The position numbers and the translations under genes are program-made. A stretch of 58,410 nucleotides of DNA, filler included, from Nemertoderma westbladi (lineage: Eukaryota; Animalia; Xenacoelomorpha): NCBI GenBank assembly GCA_032718475.1. It is 3 parts of 3 records of this genome, joined end to end, with 100 filler letters (N's around TTAATTAATTAA, not from the genome) between each part and the next. Parts side by side here need not be neighbours in the genome. Positions count along the whole stretch, not along the records: positions 39,690 to 58,410 come from JAUCBJ010005716.1; 2 more parts are not named here. One strand, given 5' to 3'. Shown here in pieces: positions 49,240 to 58,410 of this stretch (the stretch's first letter is position 1; each line of letters opens with the position of its first letter). The notes under the pieces are model-generated. The model had not been told where the DNA came from, ran no database searches, and saw only the letters and a list, made by a program, of their open reading frames with translations.

Positions 49240-49485
49240 CCTGTTACCCCCAGAGACGGCTTTTTCTAACCAAAACAATAAACGATGTTGTTACCAATTG
49301 AGGGAAAGGACCAGGTTACAGAGCGGGTTTTTCAAACCAAAACAATAAACGATGTTGTTAGCAATTGAGGGAAAGGAGCAGGTTACTGAGACGGGTTTTG
49401 CTAACCAAAACAATAAACGATGTTGTTAACAATTGAGGGAATGGAGCACGTTACAGAGACGGGTTTTTCTAACAAAAATTATAAC
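49240..49485 (+). repeat. 3-4 further units of the 68-bp repeat, flanked by inverted C-rich/G-rich subrepeats
   Basis: TTTTCTAACCAAAACAATAAACGATGTTGTTA..AATTGAGGGAAAGGA units; CCCATTCCTGTTAC at left, GTAACAGGAATGG at right. Confidence 0.75.
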
Positions 49486-50214
49486 CTTGGTAGTTATATC
49501 GAATGTAAAGCTATCTATGTCACTAGCGCTTATATCCTGCAAATAATATCAAAATGGGGGGTGGGTGGGGGGGGGGGGGTATAACAGCACTGGGGTGGGT
49601 AACAGGAATGGTCGGGGTGGTGGGGGGTTAAGTGTAAGTGGAAATCCTGAGGGGGGAGACAGGAATGGGGGGGGGGGGTCTGTAACAAGAAAACACTGTC
49701 TAAATATGAGCCTTGAAAATCAGAAGTAAAATTAATAGGCCTATAAGGTGAAAACTACAGGTTTATCTGAAAAAAATATGTATTATTTCTCAGTGGCGCA
49801 GGCACAGGGGGGAGGTGCACTTTTTAAATTCAATTTGCTATATTGAAATTATCTTAACCATCTTTAAATGGTTATAACTTTTGAGTATATTTTAATCCCT
49901 CCCTGCCTTCCTGCCCCGCTGCCAAACTCCGTTTCAGGATCAGATAATTCAACCTTATGTAAGGTGTATTCCCAATATCCAAATTGTCTCAGCAAGAGTT
50001 CGTACCAACTGATGGTCTGTATTGATTCTTAATTTAGGATTTGTTATATTCCCAGTACAATTCGATCTATTAATTATTAATTTTTTCGTTATGTTGTGTC
50101 TTTTTTGTCTCCAGATTTCTAAATAAGCCACTGCTGCTACATAGGCTCTTGGATTCGGAGATCTGCTAATGACCCCCGAATACGAATTGGTACTAAAGTT
50201 CTGAATGTAATACA

Positions 50215-50400
50215 AACCTCTGATCTAAGTTTATTTTGGACAGCAGTAGAGCCTTTGCTTTATGGCAGTCCCTGTTGGGCTCACTGCAGGAGACACCAGA
50301 GTCCATGACACATACACCGGCACCAGTATGCTGCGCAGGGATCATGGCATAAAATACAATGCGTACTTAACAAACGATGCATTGTACAATCTTGGTATCA
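50215..50400 (+). mobile_element. Old degenerate RTE fragment
   Basis: Similar to 19205-19385 (AVEPLLYGSPCWALTAGDT..MLRRDHGIKYNAYLTN). Confidence 0.6.
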
Positions 50401-51710
50401 TCTTATTGACAAACCCAGAACCACCCTGCAGCCACGATGGATGAATATTTTTGTCACTGATTGTGTAGAAATTATCCGGTTGCCAGTGGGGTAGGCCGAT
50501 ATCTGTTCCACTAGATTCATTCCGCTAGCTAATTCATAAATTCTGAGAGTACTGTAATTTAGTATCCTCCAGAGTATATTGATAATAATAATTCAGTACT
50601 TAAGTGCCACGCCGAGTTTTGTCCGGGTGCATCATATAGTATTTGCTGTTTTGTCCGTTTAAATTAATTTAGAATTGTAATTCCAGAATTATTGTCGTTA
50701 GGCTTATATACAATTTGGTTGATGTATTGTTTATACCAAATAAAATATAATTATTATTGTGTATAGAGTTATTACGGAGATTATTTTCAACCGAAACATT
50801 CGTTTTATTTTGATATGATCATTTTGATTTTATAATAATATATTCATTGTTGTAATTCCTGGGGGAAATATAAATTTCGATCAATGGTATTATTACCATT
50901 GATTGTCGGGGTCTTCTATTTTGAATGCCTTAAAAATATACAATAATACATTTGCGGAATTTCGGAAGTACCCCCTCCCCCAAGCGTGTTTTGTCACGAT
51001 GCTGCGTTAAGGCCTCATTTCCCATTTGAAGGCCATCCGCAACGGATATTGCGGAATTTGAGGTGTCAGTTTACAAAATAATTCGCTTTATCAATTAAAA
51101 ATACGTAGTATACCATTTATATGAAATATCTAAAGATTACGGTAAGTAATAAATATTTTAAAATATTCTTCTTAATTATGTTTTTGTTTTACCAACGGGG
51201 CAATATAAATAAAACATACTCTATATTTCTTAAATATATTTATATTTGAAATTGCCATAGCAATTTATTTATTGGGGAGTATATGATTTGCTGATTGCGA
51301 ATTTCACAACCATTGAGCAAGGCTGGAAGGACCAATAATAAATGGTCTTCTTGCTCAAATAATAAATTTTACATTGCTTTATTTTAATAATAATTAACTA
51401 TATTGCTTATAGGTATGACTCCAGATTTTTTCGGAACCAATTTTTTTGTTTCAACATTATCTTGCTAATTCCTGAATAAATCTATATAAAATTATAATTA
51501 TGCAATCACCTTCAATTTAATTTTTTTCAGTTTTTTTTAGCAACATTGATTTATAGCAACAAGATTGCGATTGCTGGAATGAATCCAAAAATGGATCAGA
51601 CAATGTTTAATCGACTGAACACTCTTTAGTCGAACGAGCAACGCAAATGTCTAATCATTTTGGCTGGTACAATACCATATATAGGAAGCTTATTCTCATC
51701 TACTAACTAC

Positions 51711-51888
51711 TACTACTACTATGATCGGCATGCTGCATTGCAACTGCATTTTTAAGAATGCTGTGCCGGCTTGTCGACAAAATTGCGCCGCCACAACTCC
51801 CTATCACCCATGACATTTGCTAGATCATCCGCATCTTCAAGGCCAGTGTCCTTTAAGATGCGTCTTAAGAAAGTCATGGGCTGTCCAC
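51711..51888 (-). mobile_element. 5'-truncated RTE LINE 3' end with (TAG)n tail
   Basis: Near-identical to 19520-19690; TACTACTACT tail on the plus strand. Confidence 0.9.
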
Positions 51889-53925
51889 TGTTTCATATGG
51901 ATTGTTCTATATAATACCAATTCCCTTGGAATTTCCATGAATATAATATGATCCTTTCTTGGACATTAAACAAGGTAATAACGAATCCCATGAATTTTGT
52001 TTGTACTTTTGGATAGTTTAATGGGAATTACTTTTGGGATTTACGCTAGATTGACTGAACTAAATTCCACGGCTTGAATATTATATAAAGTAGGTCTACT
52101 TTATTTTCTTACCAAATTTAAACATTATTTCCAGGCGAAAATATTTTGTTACAAATTGTCAACTTTCAGCGCTTCGGTTAAAATGATGCGGATACAGGGG
52201 GGTGGCGGTATGGTTGGTTATTTCATTCCATTATTGAACCTCCCTTTCATACATATAGTGCTTCTCGCCTTCTGTGAACTACATACAGTATAAGTAACCT
52301 ACCGTATTAAAAATATTAAGTTTTATTGAATTTGAGTTTATTTTAGATATTAGGTGTTATGGTTTCTTCTACGGCTATGTTTCTGCACAATCTATATTTA
52401 TTCTACTTAAATTTCCTATGTTTCTCTCATTATTAATATGTTATATTTTATAAATTATTTTATTTGTAACGATTAAAATCACCACGTTGCTGCAACTAAA
52501 CTTTAACTTACTTCAATATTCTGCGTATTGGTACAGTTGTGGGCGCCGTATAATTATTGCACTGTGCGGGCCCGAACCACGACTGGTACGTTACCTAAGA
52601 TAATGTTACAAGCAACCACGTTACAGTCTATGTAACAAGGTAAAGCCACCCTCAATAAACCATCGTAATAATTAAACCGTTCGCTGATGGCTCATAATTA
52701 CCAATTAAAGGGAAACAGCAGGTTATCTATTCGAACCAAAACAATAAACATTAGGTTACCGGTTTATTTAACTGAATCATCTAGAATTCGATTTTCTCAG
52801 CTACATATTGGTATTCATGTGTCAGTGACTCTGAATATTGTATAGTGACACAAATTAGGAAAGTAAAAGTGTGTTACAATTTCACTTTTCACTGTATTTA
52901 ATATAAATAAACAAATACGATAGTAAAATCTACAATCAACAGTATAAACAGCCATATAAACAGAATAACAGCACATTGAAAACAAAACTAAACGCACCAA
53001 AACATAAATAAACATTGAGAGATAAACAATTAGAATTAATGCCGACCCGAGAAGCGGCACAACTCTGCAGCAATATCCGTGGGATTATTACTGCAATGGA
53101 AATAGAGAGACCGGGAAGAGAATGAAATAAAATAAAATACGTATTAAACAGTTTATAGGTCAGAAGAAAAAGAACCGAAGATACACAAAAAGTTAATCAT
53201 AACTCTATAGACTATAGAGACTAGGAAACTGATTACTAACGACTGCATCACGGCTGTTACCGATACAGTTGGAACTTCGGGAATCTTTATGACGTATTCC
53301 GTCAGGGAATCCCAGTTCAGTTTACCGCCATTGACGTTGGCTGGACTTACACAGTCGCAACGGAAAATATATACCGCGACATCATAACAGTATAATTAAC
53401 ATACAACAATTAATTAATTAGTAGTTTAAAATACCTAAAAATGCATATTGAAAAACATGGTTGTACAAATCAGGCGCATTTTATAGAATATTAATGTTAA
53501 TGCCCGCAGCTATAATCTAATGAAAACCACGCAAAAGTAGCACAAAATAATTTAATTATTCTTTTGCGGAGTTAATTTATTAATAATAAGGAAAATGTAA
53601 ATAACACAAGTTGATCCGTCCGAATTAAATTTAAATGCCAAACGAAAATCGCTGTATTTAGTAATCTATAAGAGCGACCCTGCAGAGAGAAAAGCGACCC
53701 TGCAGAGAGAAAAAAGCGAAAAAATCGTGGTCACAATGTTTCTAAATCAACGAAATGTTTCGCACCGAAAATAAATAAAACAACATATCCGAAAACTCAG
53801 TTCGAAAAATGGCCCGTAAGCGTAAAGTAAAACCTCAATTATTTTCGTGCTATCCGATATTTCGCCACACTGCCACATGATACTGCCGCCACACCACAAG
53901 AGGCTATTATTACCGCCCAGTAAAC

Positions 53926-54386
53926 TTACCTTCTCGAAATCTCCTGTTTAACCCTAGTGAACCACTCCGCCACCCTGCCACCATCGCCCTCTAAGTAAAC
54001 CTTACAGAACGGGTGCTCCAACAACTGTTTATACTTGGGCCGGTACTTGTAATCCTTCACGAGGCATCGGTCAATAAAGTCGCAGAAAGCTAGCGTGAAC
54101 TGCAACCTTGGGAGTGTGGGGGGATCCTCCTGGAGGACGCAGGTGAGCACCTCGAAGTCCGTGCGACAGTTCCGATAGGGGAACTCGGCGGTTGCGAGTT
54201 CCACCGTACTGATTCCGAGACTCCATACGTCGGCCCGGATATCGTAGGCTGCGTTCATCGGATCGGCCGGTTCGATTCGTTCCGGGGCCATGTAGGCGGC
54301 GCAGCCGGCTGAACGAGTTCGAGCCTTGGAGTCAACCAACCGCCCAGAGATACCGAAGTCGCAGAGTTTAACAGTCCCCGTATCAT
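53926..54386 (-). CDS. MAP2K7: MAP kinase kinase 7 (MKK7/hemipterous), exon 2
   Basis: Acceptor TTGCAG| at 54387; DDTGTVKLCDFGISGRLVDSKARTRSAGCAAYMAPERI (MKK7-type activation loop), YDIRADVWSLGI. Confidence 0.95.
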
Positions 54387-55620
54387 CTGCAACGCAGTAA
54401 TTGGGGAAGTTATTCATTATAGTTACTTTTATATTTGAAAGATGAACCAACCATAGATTGAGCAAATATATAGAAAGTTTCATTTTAAGGGGACATTGGA
54501 TGCATGGTAATCGATAGTTATCCAATAGATAATCTCTCGGGCTGCTCTCTGGGGTCAAGGAAAAGTAGTTCAGAAATTTTTTTCAAATTTAGGTCCGTGT
54601 AAATCAGTCTGAAACTCTTTGATTCTACTATTAAACTTCCAAATGACTGTGAAGCTTCAATTATAAAACTGTAGATTCAGATTCAAACACATACGCCTAA
54701 TGACTGTGAAACCTCATAAATGTATGATAATTATTATATTTATTGTTAACATGGTTGAAATATATATAAATAAAAAAACATATAAATTACTGTATAGCAC
54801 AATAATAGGTGCCATACAATAACTATGGTGGCACATTATTGCCAAAACCCAGCCCCACCCTACAATCACACTGCTTAAAGCTAGGTGGTAACTGCTACCG
54901 ATGTGAGGATTATTATGTTATGACCTTGGAGGGGAGGTAAGTCAGTAACTTTCTGTTTCCGACTGAAGAAGGACACTTGAGAGGAAGTCGATACGATTCC
55001 CGTCGAAGTCGAACTAATAATTTTATCGTTCATCGCCCAACCGAAGTCCTGTCTAAATTACTTCGTTACCGGTCATTATTAAATTAAAGTAATTTAATTT
55101 AACAATTAAATTAATTACAGTTTGTCTCCTCCAAGTCCAACCAACGCCTTTCTCACACACTAATTACTTTTCTGAAACCTATGTGATCGCAAATATTTTT
55201 GCAAAATGACTTAATATATTAAAGAAATGTGTGGTGGCAACTGGCTGGTGGGATATTAGTTCACGTGGCTACGAAACAGTTATAAATTGTCATCCAGCCT
55301 CTAAATTACAATTATCTCTAAAATACAATTCTATCTATACAAACATAACTCGCACTATTAAGAGATTAGATTAGAACTCATTCTTATTGTTTATTCAGTT
55401 ACATCGGGTACAACTCTATACATGTACGACGTACGTCGCATAATGAGGTTCTATCATACTACCAATACAACAGAATGATGGGTCGACACTTTTCACATGG
55501 ATAACACACATCCTTGTTACTCGAGCTACTGTTTCGGATTGATAGTAAACTGACTGACTGGGAATTGGTTTGCTTTTTAGGTTAGGTTTCGTTCACCAGT
55601 ATTCCGGAACTCATATTACA

Positions 55621-56949
55621 AATTGGGGTGTCGTTTCAACCTATTAACTTAATTTCGCGAATATTTAATTTCGATATTCGCCATTTAAGGTGGTCGAACA
55701 CCAAAAAATTTAAAATTGCTGACTTTCCATAAAACATCTTATCTAACGCAAAATTTCATGTAGATTCCGAAAATCAAGGTCCCATCATCTGAATCACAAA
55801 CAGTCAAAAGTAATGTCAATTTTCTGTGAAATTTTTCAAGGCGGTCCCCGTTATTTTTAAAATTTTGGCCCAAATTTTGAAATATATTTTTTTCTTATTT
55901 CACTTTCAAAATGTATCCACCTAGATCAGAATTTAATGTAGATTCCAAAAATGGATAGCAAATGATCTGATTCAAATCAAATAATAAGCATTATAAGCAT
56001 TAATCTGGACACGTACGCAGAATGAGGCTATGAACATTGTGGGCGATCTCGGATCATCGCATCTATTCGCATTCGCCTTTACAAAGGTATACATATATCA
56101 AAAACTATAAAAGGTGTAAACATGAAATTTTCACAGACTGTGTAGTGTGTAGCACATGTTGGGGCAATTATTTAACAAAAAGTTTCATCTCATATACAAA
56201 ATTTGTCAAGAAATAGACATTTCAAATAAAAAATAATAATTTTTTTAAATGAAATGTCTATTATTCGACCAATTTTGTATATGTGAGGAAAATTTTGGTT
56301 GCGTAATTGCCCCAACATGTGCTACACAGGCTGTTAAAATTTCATGATAATACCTTTTATAGTTTTTGATATATGTATGTATACCTTTGTAAAGGCGAAT
56401 GCGAACAGATGCGATGATCCGAAATCGCCCGCAATGTTCATAGCCTCATTCTCCGTACGTGTCCAGATTAATGCTTATAATGCTTATTATTTGATTTGAA
56501 TCAGATCATTTGCTATCCATTTTTGGAATCTACATTAAATTCTGATCTAGGTGGATTGGATACATTTTGAAAGTGAAATAAGAAGAAAATATATTTCAAA
56601 ATTTGGGCCAAAACTTGAAAAATAGTGGGACCGCCTTGAAAAATTTCATAGAAAAATGGACATTACTTTTGGCTGTTTGCGATTCATATGATGAGACCTT
56701 GATTTTTGGAATCTACATGAAATTTTGCATTAGAACATGTTTTATGGAAAGTCAACAATTTTAAATTTTTTGGTGTTCGAGCACCTTAAGGTTCCCTTTG
56801 TAGGAATGGTTAATGGCAAGCTTTTCTATCCAAAACAGTAAACAAAATTAAGGAACACACTTTACCATAAAATTTTAACTTCTAGGCACAAATTTTTTAA
56901 TATTAATTTAACATTAACCCTATGAGAAGGCTGAAACAACACCCCAATT
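55621..56949. mobile_element. Outer MITE in the MKK7 intron that hosts the palindromic element
   Basis: Inverted termini AATTGGGGTGTCGTTTCAACCT (55621) and AGGCTGAAACAACACCCCAATT (ends 56949). Confidence 0.55.
55689..56785. mobile_element. 1.1-kb almost fully palindromic non-autonomous DNA transposon, Kolobok-like
   Basis: TTAA at 55685-55688 and 56786-56789; GG...CC termini (GGTGGTCGAACACCAAAAAATTT / AAATTTTTTGGTGTTCGAGCACC); arms complementary up to the centre near 56237. Confidence 0.8.
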
Positions 56950-57288
56950 GGCGTTTTGCTTCCGGAGCAGACCATAATCATAGCAGGTAATTAAACCCCA
57001 AGTCGGCCAAGTCAAAGTCATGAGCATTGATTTACTGATTTAGGCTCTAATCTTGGACTTTCCGACTTGGACCCGAATGGACAACAGTCAATAGTAATAC
57101 GAAATTTCACAACATTTTTTAGATTGTAACCTCATGATTTGGTTTAACCTCATGGTTTAGCGTTTAATTAATATTTGAAGGTTTAGGGTTTGAGAGGACG
57201 CCACTTTTTGGCGGCCAGAGTGTGAAAAAGTGATAGTGTGAGTGCGACCCCCCCCCCCCCCCCCCCCCCCCCATACAACAATACATAC

Positions 57289-58135
57289 CGAGCAAGAAGT
57301 TTGACGGCTTGACATCTCTGTGTATGACCCCGTGAGTCTCTTTAAGGTAATCTAACGCGTTTATTATAGACACCACCATGGTGCCGAGGACATTCTCGGG
57401 GAAGGGACGTTTTAGCTTCTTTAGCAACTTTTCGCAACATGTCGACATGAGTTCCATACAGATCCACACGTCAGACTGGTTGACGAAGCAGCCAATACAT
57501 TGAACGATATACGGACAATCGTGGGACTTCAGTACCACTTCCAAGTCCATTAGAATCCGTCTGTTATCATCTTTGTTCCCTGTACGACGCATCTGTTTGA
57601 CCGCGAACTCCGCTCCGGTTTTCCGATACCGCATTCGACACACCTGACCGCACGTACCGCTCCCTATCTCCCCCAAGTTCTCCACATCGTTTATCGATGC
57701 TTTAAACTTGTGGCCTCCGATTGTGAGAATCCCGGTGAGTTTCATGATATCTGTGAGTTTCTGTTCGACTTCTACCGAGTCGAGTGGGCAGGTCCGTTGC
57801 GGGACCGGCGCGGCCCACTGGACCTGTCGACGCTGCCGCATCGGGGAGCCATCGCGAGCAACGCGGAGGTCCAGCGGTAACGGTTTCCGCGGACTCGCAC
57901 TCAGTCGCAACGAGCCGCCCAGCCGTTGGTCCAGCGGGTTGGGGGCTCTTCGTGGAGTAATCGTCTGCGCGGGAGAAGGTTGGTTCCGGGAGCGGCGGGG
58001 ACTCGCCCGTGAAGAGAATTCGATCGAAGGCGATCTATGTCTGGAGCTGGAATTGTTCTCGCCACGTAATCTCGCTTCCAAGTTACTTAGTTTACTTGCT
58101 ATCTCGTCTAATGATGGAAGATTAAATTTCGCCAT
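57289..58135 (-). CDS. MAP2K7: MAP kinase kinase 7 (MKK7/hemipterous), exon 1; spliced CDS 435 aa
   Basis: N-terminal SKLSNLEARL coiled coil, D-site-like RKPLPLDL, GEIGSGTCGQV, AVKQMRR, RILMDLEVVLKSHDCPYIVQC, HRDVKPSNFLL; phase-1 donor G|GTATGT at 57288 joins exon 2 in frame (G+AT = Asp). Confidence 0.95.
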
Positions 58136-58410
58136 AGATTATACTGCACTCTGGCACTACTGTGTACTGCTGTACTGCAGCAGGAGCAGCGCACAGGTCT
58201 GCAGGTAGACAGGTGCAGTATTGAATTACCGGTAGCGGTAGGCCTACGCCTAATGGTAATGCTGTAATGAAGACCGGTGACCGAAACTGTCAGAGAATCG
58301 TTATAATAACTGTAATAGCAGAATAATGAGTAGGCCTACATCTGTACATGAGTACCGGTACCGGTAGCGGTACTGGAGTATGTACAGATGAAGCTGTACG
58401 CGTGTACGGT

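Noticed and set aside
57164-57288. Poly-Gly/His C-terminal tail of the 323-aa ORF
   Set aside because: Read-through into the intron after the G|GTATGT donor; the kinase continues in exon 2

Overview
AT-rich, transposon-saturated animal (probably invertebrate) genomic scaffold. It has two 100-nt N gaps (23487-23586 and 39590-39689), each carrying an artificial TTAATTAATTAA spacer. Recognisable host genes are an intronless EPT1/SELENOI-type ethanolamine phosphotransferase (45694-46971, +), a two-exon MKK7/hemipterous kinase (58135-53926, -) and one isolated DEG/ENaC-like exon (32661-32462, -). The rest is mostly RTE and CR1/L2 LINE fragments, SINEs, a deleted piggyBac, MITEs, Helitron/HINE-like elements and a foldback element built from a 68-bp satellite. 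There are also the two ends of a pair of related LTR retrotransposons with ~1.2-kb LTRs. The most unusual signals are these. (1) The LTR element has no tRNA-type PBS; the 12 nt abutting its 5' LTR are perfectly complementary to a conserved block inside the LTR, suggesting Tf1-like self-priming. The related copy carries a 565-aa non-env zinc-knuckle ORF just before its 3' LTR. (2) Seven AGGTCAnTGACCT (IR1) palindromes lie directly after the EPT1 UGA, and they also form a stop-proximal hairpin and a SECIS-like fold. (3) TA-GGCC-TA, TA-CCGG-TA and TA-CAG-TA motifs recur across the window and look like accumulated transposon excision footprints. All family calls rest on motif recognition by eye, not on database searches.
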